DNA of 64,000 nt, from assembly GCA_951406725.2 (NCBI GenBank), contig OX597824.1:95604001-95668000 (forward strand), given 5' to 3'. This DNA is from Octopus vulgaris. Taxonomy: Eukaryota. The notes beneath the pieces are model-generated. The model did no database searches, was not told where the DNA came from, and saw nothing but the letters and a program-made list of their open reading frames with translations. Both the position numbers and the translations under genes were made by a program. This document shows positions 38,134 to 53,200 of this stretch, one piece after another (within the stretch, counting starts at the first letter, position 1; every line of letters begins with the position of its first letter).

Positions 38134-40205
38134 ACCCATCAAGCTGAGCAAAATCAGTTGTGGCGGATACCTGTCTCATGCAAAAGCACCTATTACACTC
38201 TCGGAGTGGATGGCATTCAGAAGGGCATCTAGCTATAGAAAAACTATGCCAAATCAGACTGGAGTCTGGTGCAGCCATCCAGCCTGGTCTACCCATCCAA
38301 CCCATGCCAGCATGGACAATGGACGTTAAATGATGATGATGATGATATACATCCATATATATAGTTGGAATAAGAATTTTGCTGGTTGTTTTAGGTGGCT
38401 ACAAATTTGCAAGCAGGTACCCTCTCACCTTTGACCTGGCCCAACACCCAAGATGTGACAGCAGGAGGTGGGAGAGGATGTTTCCAACACTTGGCTGGTT
38501 CTCGTCTTCAGCCAGGTAGAATGGAACACTATGGAGTGAAGCGTCTTCCTTCAGACCACAATGTTCTGCTCAGTTCAGAAATCAAAACCTCAACTTTATG
38601 CATCATGCCACCAACATTCTACCAACCAAGCCACACAACTTCACAATATATATTACATATACAAAAAAACTACTTAGAAATTGTGAAGATTATTTGCCAA
38701 CATAATGTGGCAGCCCTGATTGGGACGAATGTTACTGTTATTTAGCCCCAGGAAACATCGTCTTCAGTTGGCTGTACAACATGCAATCTGTGTCCTTATA
38801 TTTTTATACAGGGGAGTCCAGCACCCCCACTTGGTACAAAGCAATATCTATGGACTGCGGTTTTGGGTTATTTCCCTTCCTCGGCACAGAATAACTGCCC
38901 AACTGAGATGGCGCTGCTAAAGTCCCAAAGTGACACACTGTCAATAATCTGATAAATAGAAACATTTTTCTATTTACTAAAAACTTATAAACAAAGAAAT
39001 ATTAAGGGAGCAAAATAACAAAAAGTATATCAATCTCTCTTGGTTTCTTAGGGTTTTAAAGTCTTCCAATGTAGGAAAGGTTTTGATGATATTTCAAATG
39101 TATTTGGTTAGTAACTTTTGAAGATAGGCAAAAAGTTAAACAGGGAATCAAAACAGGGTTAAACAAGGAAATGGGAATTGGTAAACGTAACAAGGTTTTT
39201 GTTAAGGAAACAAAGAGACAGACAACTGAGTGTAAGTGTAAATATCAACAGGTTTTTCAGCAAAAATATGAAGGCCTCATTGCAAAAGATGTCGACTGTT
39301 TTAACCCTTTAAGCTTTCAGGTTACTCTGTTAAATGTGATGCTTATTTATTTCCATTGTTTCGAATTAATCCTGCATTAACTCATAGCTTTGAGATTTCA
39401 ATGACATGTTTAGTTTTAGAATGACATTGTAGGGAAAGTGGATCTGGTCAGTTTGAACACAAATCGCAAGAGTATTTGGGACAGACCTGGTTGGTTTAAA
39501 TGCTAACGGTTGAAACCCACTCTTCGTTAATATTGAGATTTGAATGAGAAGATTCCTGCATTAACTGATACAGGAGGGAACAATTCTCAGTTTCGGATAA
39601 GTACATCATAATGATGCAGTCTCTGGTCCCTCAAGAAAATACTGAGGTATTCTACAGTCTGCATGTACACTAATTTCTGCAGCATTTGCCTAACCAGAAG
39701 TTATACAGCTTTTACTTGACCCCAGAACTTATTTTTAAGTTTGCAAAGTCGTTGCCAGTGCCACTGGACTGGCTCCTGTGCAGGTGGCACATAAAAAACA
39801 CCATTTCAAGCGTGGCCGTTGCCAGTACCGCCAGACTGGCCCTCGTGCCGCTGGCACATAAAAGCAACCACTACACTCTTGGAGTGGTTGGCGTTTGGAA
39901 TGGCATCCAGCTGTAGAAACTTTGCCAGATCAGCATGGAAAGCAGACGTTAAACGATGATGATGGTACTTATTCTATCTATCTCTTTTGCCAAACTGCTA
40001 ACATAAACAAACCAACACCAGATATGAAGTGATAGGGACAGCAAATACAAACATCTAAGAATGAAATGAGACAAAACTCTTTGAAAAATGGACAACACTA
40101 CGGAATTGATAAAAGAAAAAAACTTAGAGAAGATTTAGATAAAAATGTTAAATGATGCTGCTAGAAAAGGTGACCGACAGAAACGGGTTCTTTTGATACC
40201 AACCA

Positions 40206-40301
40206 CCAGAGACTGTTCCTTGGTTCTACAATACGAAACTGGCTGTTTTTGAACCAGAGACTGTCCCTTGGTTCTACAATACGAAACTGGCCGTTTTTGA
40301 A
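40206..40301. repeat. 48-bp tandem duplication
   Basis: ccagagactgttccttggttctacaatacgaaactggctgtttttgaa twice, with 2 mismatches. Confidence 0.9.
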
Positions 40302-40619
40302 GGTGTACATATTTGAATTAAAACCTTTTACCATAATTTTATGGAAGGACATCTTTGCTAAAATTTTGTTCCAAACAGCAGATTAATAATAATAATCCTT
40401 TCTGCTGGAGACACAAGACCTCAAATCTGTGGGGAGGGGACTAGTTAATTACATCAAATCCAGTGTTTCACTGGTTCTTAATTTATCGACCCCTGACAGG
40501 ATGAAAGGGAAATTCGACCTCAGCAGTATTTTGTCTGTCTTTACATTCTGAGTTCAAATTCTGCTAAGCATTTCGCCCGGTGTGCTAACGATTCTGCCAG
40601 CTCACCATTAATAATAAGG

Positions 40620-43600
40620 TTATTTTATTAAATCCCTATAAATTCTTGGGTTACTTTTCAAACTCTATAGAAACATAGTAGTAGTGTATTTCGTTAGAAA
40701 CAGCCAAGAAAAAGTTAAGTTCAGGCAGAAAGTAAACATTGGAAACGGTTTAAAAGAAAACAAAACGAAAAGCAAAACAAGTGAGAAATATCAAACAAAA
40801 TTAATAAAAAATAAATATTCTTGACAAACAACTGAAACAAACTGTATTCAACTGATACTTAATCAAGAAATAAACGAGGGAGGTAATAGGATCAATATCT
40901 AGCAGGGTGATGTATATTAGTTTCTGTGGAAGAATTCCTTGAAGTCTGTTAATTTGGCTTAGTCGTCATTAACCTTAAAACTATTTCTGTTTCTGGGGAA
41001 ACTAAGAAGACTGAATTCCTGTCAGATTTCAGGGATAATCTTTAACCGATTAGCAGCATTTGTCTTACTGGCATTCTAGCTCCACCCCATGATGTAAAGG
41101 TTGACTGCTGGGTGGGTTTGAACCCACTGACTAGTGTGAAGGGAGAATGGAACTTAGAATTATTATTATTAAATGGATTGAAAAAGAAAAACTCAATGAT
41201 AATGTGTGTAAAGGGGGCAGAAGTCATCCTTTGATGTGACTTATTGAAGTGACCGGTACTTAGTAGGTAGTCAGCTAATATAGATAGGAACACTAACACA
41301 AAATGTAACATTTATAAGTCCTTTTATTTATCTTTTAAGCAAATACAAAAAAAATTTATTTTTTTCTTTTAATTGAGTAAAATTTTATTTGAAAGTAAAA
41401 AAAAATAAATAAAAAATTAATGTTTTAAAATGTAATTTTTTTTCTTCTTTTCTTTTAAACTGAATTTCTAAAATATAGTAATAAGTGAAGTGTGAGGGGG
41501 TGGGTGGGGGTAGAGACTGGGGGGATGTGGGGGGTAGAGATCAGTGAAAGCAGGAGCAGCACTGAGAAGAAAGAACGCCAATAGCCACAGCTGCACAGAC
41601 AACCATATTTGAGCGCTGCATCCGAAGGACACAGCTTAGAACCACTAAAGAGAGAGATTTATTTGTTAAACTGGCTACGCCTGGAGGAAGAAGTTTGGGT
41701 TTAAGAATAATTTACATCACAATTATGGACAATAATAATAATAACTTATACAAATATCTGTGTCAGTTTTTTTAGCTAAAGTGACCACATTTAAGCTGCA
41801 GATCAACATATATTTTCTTCATTGCTTAGAGTTAATGGAGAAATGGAAAGAGGTACAAGAAAATTCCCGTCCAGATTATTAAACAGCTGTTTTGTTATGA
41901 GAGCAAAGAATAGAAATGCACTCCAGCTTTTGTTATGGAATTACAAAGAATTTTGACAAAACCACATCATTTTTTATATTTTTTCATTTCCCTTAATTTA
42001 AATTGAACAGTTGTTAAATTCTTAAAGTGTTGTGGAAAGTTTTTTTAAATATGCTGACAAGTAATGAAACGGTTATTGATATCATAAAAAAATTTCTTTT
42101 TAAAAGCAAAACAGGAATTTGTTTCCGTTTTTTTTAAATTTAACGTATAATAAAAATAAAATATTTGCAATTTCGGGAAAAGGGAAGAGAAATTTTCTTT
42201 CTAACCTCTTTCTAAAAAGTGAAGAAAATATATTAAGAAGCTGCCTAATGTGAAATATGTGTCCAATTTGTTTTTTTTCCAGCTAAGTCCATTGTACTAT
42301 AAATATATTGGAAATCCCTATAACAATTGTCGTCGTCAAAAGCAAACACAAACAGGTAAATTGATACTATATGTAAGATTAAACCAAATGTTATTTGGTT
42401 GTTTTTATTTTCTCTTGTCTGTTACAGGTTGCAAGCACTTGGCAGATGCACATGAATCAACCAGCAAAAGGAGTAAGCCAGCAATTTAGGCAAAAAGCAT
42501 CAGGACAATATCTTCTTGACATACACACATGCCACATATAAACATACAGACGTCAGTGTGTTCTTTTGGGGGGGGGAGAGATGACACACTGTGATGCAAA
42601 TATACATTCAGCTTGTCTTGGATACAACTTTCTTACATTAGACTCATTCTTCATAGTTTAACAGATAAGTCAGTTATACCTCCAAGTTATTAGGCAGAAT
42701 TAATTAGTCTAAGTAAATGGGTGAAATTCTTTTAGGCGCATTATACATCTCAGGCTAATTTATTGGAATTTTTCTTTATTTCCTCATACAGGCGCACGCT
42801 CACTCACACACACACAATTTCTCTGTACAGTCATTCAATTTATAGAAGAGGCTTTAATTTGAAAGGCAAAATATCTGTAATGTTTTTTAATATGGTTACT
42901 TTAATATTTCAGAAGTTCATAGTTTTGTTGTTGTTCAATCCACTGTAGTTGGTTGTTGGTTTGAGTCCAGTTTTGCATAGATGGAATGCCACAGTTTATA
43001 TATTTATATATATATATAGATTTTTTTTTTTTTTTTGCTGTTTTTTGTTTGGTTTTGGGACAAAATTGTTGCTGCTGCTGAAAAACTATGCTGCATCAAA
43101 GATTGTTGTTCTGGCAAAAGACAGAAATCAGATTTATTAAATTTCAGATCAGAATTTAAAATTGGAGAATTTATAACTCTCATCTAAAATAGTTCAGAGA
43201 AGTTGACGGAGAAAGAAATGAATTTTTGGCAACAATTCTTGAAATACGTGTTTATATCAATATTTAAAAGCAAAAAGAAAGAAATATATTCCCATGAACT
43301 TAGTCCAATTAAAATGAAGTCAACTTAACTCTTTCGTTACTGTATTTATTTTGAGATGCATTCTGTTTCTTTCAATTACTTGAAATATAAACAAAGAATT
43401 TAGTAAAATAACTTAGTTATCCATTAAGCTAGTGTTAGGAATGTAAATTGTGTCCAAGGTTTGGTGGAAGATTTTAGTTCAGCACTTTTGAAAGCAAGAC
43501 ATTTGTACTCAGAGCTGGTTTCAGCCGGGTTGGTAACGAAAGGGTTAAGAAGGTTCCAATTAAATTCTACAAAATGTTACATATGCACAGACATCTGCAG

Positions 43601-44140
43601 ACACAAAAGAACATTTCAAGAGTGAGAAAGAATTAGAGAAAATTACCAACTTTACAGAAAACTAAAACTTATTTTACAAAGTGGTAGTGCATTCTTTTTT
43701 TTTCAGATTGAAATGAACCCCACCCAAAGTTAAAATGTAATGGTTTGTATTTGTAAAGCAATGTGTGTGAGAGAGAGAGGTTAGAGACTAATAGCACACA
43801 ACATTTAATATCACTTTTGAGATTTACTCCCAACTGATCTTGTTTAGAATCAGTTCTGGTGGCAGGAAATAAATTTGTTGTATTTAATTTCATAACATAC
43901 TTATAATGGAAACGTAGGCAGTTCTGTGTTTGAAGCACAGAAAAGCAAGTTAGAAGGAATAACAAAGATGAGGAGGGTTGTTAGAGTGGTAGCTTCATGG
44001 AGTGTCTTATTTTTGTCATAATGATAGAAAAAGTCTCGTTAACTCACTGGCAGCAAAAGCAGCAACAGCGTCGCCTCTTCAGATATTCCACCCAAAGCAT
44101 GTGTGAAAGGACTGCAATGAATTTATCTTTTTGTGGATAT
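40620..44140 (-). other. Probable long U-rich 3' UTR of beta-spectrin; end uncertain, could extend to about 38950
   Basis: Repeat-poor and strand-biased (A-rich on plus) downstream of the stop. Minus-strand AATAAA occurs near 41325, 41385 and 40625. Confidence 0.55.
43329..43544. mobile_element. piggyBac-like MITE, family 1, in the putative spectrin 3' UTR
   Basis: TTAA|CTCTTTCGTTAC...GTAACGAAAGGG|TTAA. Confidence 0.85.
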
Positions 44141-44299
44141 TTATTTCTTTTTCAATGTGAAAAAACTCCTTCGCTTGTGTTCATCTCGTTTTGGTTCACC
44201 GTCTGGTTTTGCAGGGAGTGTTTGGGATCTAGTGGGACCGCTACTGCTGGCTTCTCCAGTTGCTGCACTTACTTTTGTGATCCAGTTCTCCATTTCAGC
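44141..44299 (-). CDS. SPTBN1: beta-spectrin terminal coding exon ([10 protein letters not shown]...RSQTLPA...[11 protein letters not shown])
   Basis: ttcaag|GCT...TAA, 159 nt. Confidence 0.94.
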   Translation of the reverse strand, partial: AEMENWITKVSAATGEASSSGPTRSQTLPAKPDGEPKRDEHKRRSFFTLKKK

Positions 44300-47200
44300 C
44301 TTGAAAAGCACAAAAGGGAAAGTTTCGAATTAGAGAAATTAAAAAATTAACAGACTCAGAAAAACTTGAAAAATAGATTTTTCATAAAATGCCTCTTTAA
44401 ACGAGAAAAAAAAATAAGTGAAGAACCAAACTTACATCATCTTTACATTGGAATAGGTATTCAGCACCACCGGCCAATTTTAGACGGAACACATGAGGAC
44501 GTTTGGTGTAATCGTGAGCTCGATCACAGGTAGCTCCACTCAAATTGATGGCAGTTTCATGATGAAGGCGTGTATTAGGATCCTACAATATTAAGAACAA
44601 CAATTTCAATGCGGATCAAAGTTTCTATAAACAACAGATCAAATCAAATTATACGACAATTGCATTAGTAATGGGAAAAATCATTAAATTTGCTGCTGAG
44701 GTGTAGGGTTCATGTTCAGAGTTTACATCTATTGCCAGCCACGACTGCAGCTGACCATCAGATGTGGTGGACTTGTGGGTCAGAGCTGGCTCAACCCATC
44801 TTGGGTGAATGCTGCCACAAGTACAATATTGTTGAATTGGAGATTTAAGATTTACAAATATATTACGATAGTTAATTAGGGTAAAGTTAAATCTGTCCAT
44901 AGTTTTACATAAAAGTGGATGACTCTCCAGAAATCCTGGTTCTCATGTCATACACATATGGAATATTTCCACTACATCAGATCTAATAATCAAATCATTA
45001 GATTGTGTTCTTGTCAGATCCTTATTATCTTAGTAATAATCCCAAACCAATTTTTCATAATTGGATATTGCAGAGCAGAGCTTTATTAAATTCCAAAAAT
45101 GAACTTCCATTTTTTTCACTGAATGTACAAAAACACAATCCCATCTGTAGCAGCAGCTTCAAACCACAACCAACCATTTCATGGGAATTAGAAATTATAC
45201 AAAACAAACAGTATTAATGAAATAAAAGCTAATTAAGATAAGAAAATATTTAGTCTGCATTAAGGTTCAGTAAGGTTACCAAATTTTAAATATTCATCAA
45301 AAAATGTCCACATCTACACATGTTTACAACTGTGTACAGTAATGTATAATCTTTATAAGACTGTAATAAATGCATAAGGAACATGGTAACATTCCCCTCT
45401 TGGGCCCTCAACCTCTGATGAAATCATAGGTGCATTGTCTCGGTATTTAAAACTAGTGGAGTCCCCCATATCTCTCCAGTTGAAATAGTTTTCTTTCTCT
45501 CTGAAAGAAAAATGACTAACAAGTCCTGTTCAGCCCGAGTCCACTCAAACTCCTCTGACCCCTCCTTCTCTTGCCAGTCTGAGTCAAGTCACCTTTAATG
45601 GTATCTTTGCATTAAGTACTTCCTTCAGTTCTTCCTTCCCCAAATTCCCTTCCCTTTTCTCTTTAGACATCAATCTGTAATATTTCAAACTCAGCAAAGT
45701 CTTATCAGTGCCACCACTATGCACCCCCACCCCACACTCAACATGACCTTACATAATATAAAAAAAAAAAAGAAACAAAAAGCTTGTACTCACAGTCTTT
45801 GCATGTTTGAAGTCTTTATAGCAGGAAAGTTCATTTGCTTGAAGTATGATGTAAGCTTTCTCCCAAGATCTGTGAATGTAAAACAATAGCAACAATTACA
45901 TCCACATTGACATTGTAATGGACAGCACTGACATCACATTACATAGAAAAACATGAAACTTGTGAGGAGAGGAAATTACTGATAATGGCCAAGAAAACAT
46001 CTTTTTTACAAATCTTAAAAAACAAAAAAAAAATCTATGTTGCAAAATTTAGAGATTCCAATTACTGCTATTTTTTGAGATTTATTGAAATTATTGTGAA
46101 GAATAAAATCAATGAGGAAAAAAAATCGATTTAGCAGATAGAGATCATCCAAGTGACTACACATGGTGATTGTAGAAATTAATTGTACATCAATAATCGT
46201 TTATCACTGAACCAAGGATACCATGGTTCATTAATTGTGAACCAGGATATCTATTTTATTCCCTCTCCTCAAAACTGCTGGCTTTGTTCCAAAATAAAAT
46301 CATTACATCTAACTTTATTTATCACCAATTCATTGTGCAGTGTGTGTCTAACATTTAACTCTTTAACAACGGACAATTCAAAGAGAAGGAAATATTTACC
46401 GGTTGGAAGCTTTTTTGGTTTGTGTTTCCCACTCGTGTTTTCTGATTAATGCTCCTTCAAGATGTTCTGCTTCTGGGGCTCCAGCTAATTGATGTTCTAT
46501 AAAGACCAACACACAACCATTATAACAACAGAATTTAAAAACAACATCAGCTGTAACATCAACAACATAGTCTCAATGAATTCAATCTCTATCTAATGAA
46601 AATGCACCTAAAAGGATTTAACCACGATCTTGACCACCAACGGCAGTTTTATGAAGATAATAATCTGATGAATGGATTTCGTTCAAACATTAGGCAACAA
46701 CAAGTGCAGGTGACACAGAGCTTCTTGTGGGCAGCGACTGCTTAAATTCTCTCCAATAAAGCTGTCCACAGATGATGCAGATGACTGTATGCTTAGTGAT
46801 GATATATATTCAAAAGGACAAATGTAAAAGACTATTTATGAAATGAATGAGAATGGTTTGTTGAAGACAAACTACTTCAAGTATCATTATTTGCTACAAT
46901 TAAAATAAAATTAACTGAGGTCTGCCTATTATAAAGTATATCTTGAAATTAAACTATGAACATTATTAACTAGTAATCCTTCCTTGTTCTGATATCAATT
47001 TTGACATTTCTTATCAGGTTTAATAGATTCAATGCAAATTTAATTCTAAAGCTAACATGTAGCACTTAAATAAACATTGTGTGTCTAAATATATAAATAT
47101 TTAACATGTAAGACATATTCTGCCAAAGCAGAGTTTTGCCGATTGATGAAATAAGAAATATAATGGCATGGAATTGAAAAAAAAAAATAAAACAATGATG

Positions 47201-50200
47201 GTTATTATAAAACATCAATACAAAATGAACTGTTGTAAGTTGAGAACATTTTCTGTCTTGATTTTGAATATGAAAGCAAATAAGATCATGGATGACAAAA
47301 AAAAAAAAAAAACGTTCAAAAAATTTCCTTCGATTCTGTCGAACTCCGAATGATTTGAATTCTTTTGTGTAGGTTCAATGGGTTCCAATGATTCGAAAAC
47401 TGTAAGTGAATTTTTAGTTTTGTATTTTGGTAGTTTTAGTAACAGGAAAAAAAAAAAAAAAAACAAAAAACTGTCAGAATATGAAACAACCACCTTGGTA
47501 GAGAAAGAAATGAAGATCTGGAAACAGGTGAACTTTCTTCAAAAGCAGTGGAAAATGGAAGAAGATATGAAAATCAAAGATGACAAATGTGGAAAAAAAA
47601 ATTTTTTAATTAAAAAAAAAAAACAAAACCCGAACAAAATGAATATAATGCAGGTGTTTGAGAAAATTAAGAGATCAGCAAAATCCCAATCCAAGAAACA
47701 GATTAAAGAAAATACCAAGTTGTAGGAGAAATATATGATTTATACATATGTGTGTATATATGGAGAGAGAGATAGAGAGAAAGAAGAAGACCAAAGACCA
47801 CGTCAGTGTGAGAGAGCTGCCCTGTGCTTTATTGCGCTCTTAGATATACAAAGTTTATGTTTACCTGAACGACTAGGTGATGACGGACCTTCATCTTCAC
47901 GTTTACGAGCAAAGAATCTTCCAAATGGTGATTTGGAACGTGATCGTTTCTTCTCCTTATCTAATACAAAAATCACGAATGACATTTATTATAGTAGTTG
48001 ATCATTAGGACAAGATGCTCTGCCAACAAAAGCATCTGCCAGCCCAAAGCCTTGAAAAGCAAATCCCAAGCAAAACAGTGGCAGCACTGAGGCCAAAAAG
48101 CCTATTCCTTCCTACCAAAATCATGCAGCAGAAAACACTTATAAAAACGTGTCAGTTCAACAAACTCACAACAAACCTAAGAATTCTTTCTGCTTTCCAA
48201 CCAAAGATTGGAAAGAATGGTGAGAAGCTAGAAGAATGGTTAGAAGAAAACACTTAACGGTCTATGCTAGTAGCAGAATACACAAAGAGAATGCTGTGCT
48301 GGTTTTTTGAATTAAGTGAAAAGTAGTGACTTAATATTTGCGCTGAGTGCTGTTAAATTGTTTCACTTGAATAGACAAGTGCATAGAAGCGACGACTTTT
48401 TAATACAATTTTAAACATTTTGGCAATCAGTAATTAAAGCTTTTCTTGCAAGGTGTATCAGTTAGTCTTTGTGAATGGGAGGAAATGGATTTTATTTTTT
48501 TTTTTCTTTACTATGAGAGGGGTAGTGGTCTTCAGTGGGAATAAAGATGAAAAAATATGATGATTAGGAAAAAAAAAAAAAAAAATAATTAAGATACAAG
48601 TTGATTGAACTTTTTAAAAAAAGGATAAGTTTTTAAAACTAAGAAAATGATGATGAAGCGGAAGCCGAAAGACCGGATGGCATTGGTAGTCTTTTGTAAG
48701 ATCAAATATTTGACGTTTTGTTTTATTTACTGTTATGGCTTTTCATACAAACAATAGAACTAATGAATGAAGCAAACCTAAATACAACCAACTTCCAGCT
48801 ACAAAGAAACATGTACTGATAATCAAAGATTTGACAATCGGAATGAACAGTTTACGGTACTCCAGTTTGTCTCCTGCTGGTTATAAACTGAATCCAAAGA
48901 ACATCAGGAATGCCTCGTGCTTTCAATTACAGTTAAACATAATAAGCTACACACACACACACATTTTACAATATTTTCTTAAATTCTGAAAATTTGGATT
49001 TCAGCCCATTATTAGTGCCATTCAAGTATCACAAGAAAAAACGCAGCAATCATGAAGTCAGAATAGCAACTTAAGAGACGAGCAGGTAAGCTGCTTTGTC
49101 TGTCCTGACATCTGTGTCATGGAAATAGCTAAACTAAAAGAAATATGAAGGAATTTAAAATATCCAATTTACAACTTTTAGAAATACTGAACAATTTGTA
49201 AGTTGATGTCCTAAAGTTGAAACAAACTTGGCACTGAACGATGAGGAATATTCAGTTCTTGAGATAAGTATTCGTAGAAGCTTGAGATGCGTTTGGATGG
49301 AACTTACACTCGCCTCCTTATGAGAGCTCAAAATCTCTCGTGGAAGCGTCATCCAACCAAAGTACAAATATATGGGAAACTACTACCTGTGTCATCTCTA
49401 GTGAAAGGTAGAAGAGTCCAGTTTGCTGGACATTGTTGTAGAGCTGAAAACGAGGCAATTTCTACTCTTCTCCTCTGGAAGCCATCTGCTCGCAAAACCA
49501 GAGGGCGTGCACTCTCCTACCCTGATGTAATCTCCAGGGATACAGGCATTCAGCAACAGGACCTCCGTAATGCTATGATGGACCGTGAGGTCTGGCGTAA
49601 CATAGTAAATTCCATTGTCTCGACCACAGTCGAATGATAATGATTATGACATGATGGGTCAACATGAGAGGTCAATAGCTATGAGTAACCAGCAGGGTTT
49701 AGTAAAACACAGACAAATGCACACAAATAGTCTACATTCTAAGATAAAAAAAACAAAACAAATGATAGAATCTGTCATATAGTATTAAGTCCGGTGACCA
49801 ACTGAAAATGCCATTTATTCATAAAAACAAAATCTACCAGTTTTTATTAAAATGAAATTATTAAAAATTATATATTTAAGAACTTATGAAAGTTAATGGA
49901 TTTTATAAAAGATTAATCTGTGATCTTTTAATATATTTATGACAGATTCTGTGAATGACAAAACAAAATATAAAACCTACATTAATTAATGTGTAATTAT
50001 TTACATTTTACACAAGGAGTTACTTGTTAAAAGTCATGTGTGATTGGTAATTTATGCATAATTACAGTTATATCCTTATACATGACAACACTTTACATAA
50101 AATATTTACAATGGAATAAATTATAATATTTACTATAAATTAAAAACTGAAAATTACAACAAAAAATTGAGAAAATTAAAATGACTGGACAACAACCTCA

Positions 50201-53200
50201 TGCAACTGAGCAAGAACAGAGTTAGATGAACATAAACAGCTGAGTGATTAGTACCAAGAACAGAGAGTTAGGTGAACATAACTGCAACTCTTGGAGAGTT
50301 AAAACAAAAACAAAATCTAATGACAATGAAATTCCAACTTGACAATTTCCCACTTATGACAAGAAAAAGAGGAGTTTCGACAAAGATCATAGTAACAGAT
50401 ATACATGATCTCACTGACAGAATTGGACGGCATTAAGTGAAAAGGTGTAGAACCAGATGAGGAAGAAAAAGAAAGATTCCAGCTAAGATGAAAACCATGG
50501 TTATCAAAATTGAAATGATGAGCAAACACACACACACACAATGAATAATAATAAAAAAAAAAGTTTTAAAAAATCTGTGATTGTTCTCTCATATTTGTAG
50601 GGATGGTGCAAATCTGGTCAATATCTGAAAATATTTTGGTAGGTTTGACAATGAATCCAATATAGAATAAAAGCTATTCCTTTTAACTCATCAAGGATTT
50701 GTCTCAAAAGAAAATATCTGCTGTACAGCAGCACACAATGAAAACCTTTTCCCTGTTGCAAAGCATTTTAAAGCACTTTAAATGAAAATATTCAAAACAA
50801 TATTTCATTCCAAATTCAACTTTTTTTTTTTTTTTTTTTTTGCATCAAATACTGAAATAATTTTTTTTTCAAACAGGTGTTTTTATTCAAAGTTTCATTC
50901 CAGGCCCAGTTCTCGTTTTCATCTGAAATTATGTCAATTGCCTTTAACCAGGTAATTTTGCAGCACATTAGCCACAAGACATTATGACAGACTAATTTAA
51001 AAAAAAAAATTTTTGTGAAATATTTAGAAAGCTTTCCTGAAAAATATTTTCCTACATAAAATCCATTGTTTATATTTGCATAATATATCGTCTACTATGG
51101 TATAAGTATAATTCTGTGGACTATTATTTCTATTCTACAAGAAATATATGAATATTGTGGTTATAGATAACTACACAATTTAATAAGCTAATAGACTAAA
51201 GTTTGTTTTCGTTTGTCTAAAAAATATACAATTTCTGTTCACTTAGAATCTGATTATGTAGGTACCTTCTTCAGAACTAATAACTGAAGAGGTTTATATC
51301 TATAAGAAAAAAAATATTCTCATTTGAATATATTTAAAAAGTGTATGGAATGGGAATGTTTAAAAAAAACAAAAGAAAAGCCGCAAGAGGTCCCCGTCTT
51401 TTGTTGTTGTGAAGTTTAGAATATACAGAAGCAGAATGAAAGCATTAAAGTAAAATATGAAAGTGAAAAGATTAGAGCAGTAAATGCAAAAATGAAGTAT
51501 AACGGAAAATGAAATGAGAGCTTTGACAGGTAAAAAATAGGTAAATTGTATTTTAGAAAGAAGTGGAGGGTCTTTTGATTTTTATAGCGCAGAGCAATTG
51601 TAATTTGAAATAAAATCTACAGTTTTTAAAATTATACAAAAATTGACTTAAAATTGATTATCAGATTAATACTTTAAAGTTTAATTACATAAAATTTATT
51701 TTAGGTATTATTTATATGTGTATATAGTGTGAAGTTTAATTAAAACTTACAACTCATTAATATATAAATTAGGTTACTTTTAATGGTTTATAAATGAACA
51801 ACATTTTAGTGAAAATGGTAAGCTAATGGATGATGGTCTTGAGACAGTGTTGTAAAAGCACCTACTATTCTCAGAGTCGGCCCTTTGAGGGAGTGACCTG
51901 GACTTTGAGTGGACTGTAGTATCATCTGTAGCTTGGTTTGATGACGATTCGTTTAAGACAGCGCCTTGATTGACAAAACAACAACAGAAGATTGATGCAT
52001 GCGAGAAAAGTGGTTGTTACATGCAAAACTTGAAGGTTCACTTAGAGAGAAAAATAGAAAAAATAAGAAATTCGATCAAATAAAAGAAAACAAAACAAAA
52101 AAGAAACAAGGAGAGGGTTTCTCCAAACCTTTGATTGTTGATTATTTGGAAAGGTTTTACGACTTTAAAATATTTTTTGCAACATTTTTAAGCAACATTA
52201 GACAGAATGGAAAAGTAAAATAAAAAAAAGTAGGCCTGCAGTAGAAGATTATGTAGTAGAATAGAGACAGCAAGTCCCAGCAGTAAAAGTGAAACAGGCA
52301 TCGTTTAGAGAATGTGTGTGTATGTGTGAAGGTTTAAAAAGCTGAGCGAGTTGAGTCGCAACAAAGAGTTTACAAATACACTGACCAGAAAAGGAGAGAG
52401 ATACCACTGCCAGCTATAATTTTATAATATTTGAAGCAATTTTTTTTGTTAGTTATAATGAAAATATAAGCTTAAATAAGCAACTTTATTTGGAAGTAGT
52501 TAAGCAAATTGCTATACAATTTATGTATATAAATTCATAACTTTTTTTAATACATTTTATAAATAAATTTACATTAGATTTCTAAGGATTTTACTGAAGG
52601 GGTTTTTTTTTTCCATGTTGATAGAATCCAGAAAAGTTAGACTGAATTTTAAACTAGAGATTAAATGAAGCCACCAGAATTTCAATGGGAAAAATGGTGT
52701 GAAATAGCCAAGAGTTGATCAGTTAATCATTACAAATTATTGATGCCAAAACAGCCTTGATGATGCCATGATTATATGAGCCACGGATATATGAAGCGTG
52801 TTAAAACAACAAATATGAACAAAATCCGCAAATATTAATGCTGTTTATCACGATGCAAAGGTTAAAACTGCATTTCTATCATTTTTTTTTTCTTTTAATA
52901 TGGTTAAAAATGATTAAGAAAGCTTATAAAATGCTACCCAACAGACAAAACTAGTCACCTTTGGCTACTGGTCTCAGTGTGTCTTTAGCTGGTGGTGTGG
53001 TGTGGGTCACAGTTTGACCTGTTGTGAGTAACAACAATAAGCATTTAGTGTATATGTTATAACACTAATCTGGCTTAACAACAATCTCTATCAGCCATCC
53101 GTATTAACTTCAACTAACACAGGTCAATGACAAAATTTTTATATTTGGCAAATAATTCAAATGATATTGGTTTAATAAACTGCCATAGATATTATTGTAA

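Noticed and set aside
47378-47725. Lys-rich 115-aa ORF on the plus strand
   Set aside because: It is the antisense of U-rich spectrin intron sequence, with homopolymer A runs and no recognisable domain.
48856-48887. Possible extra spectrin microexon (YNQQETNW)
   Set aside because: Ambiguous donor and phase, with no homology support; too weak to call.
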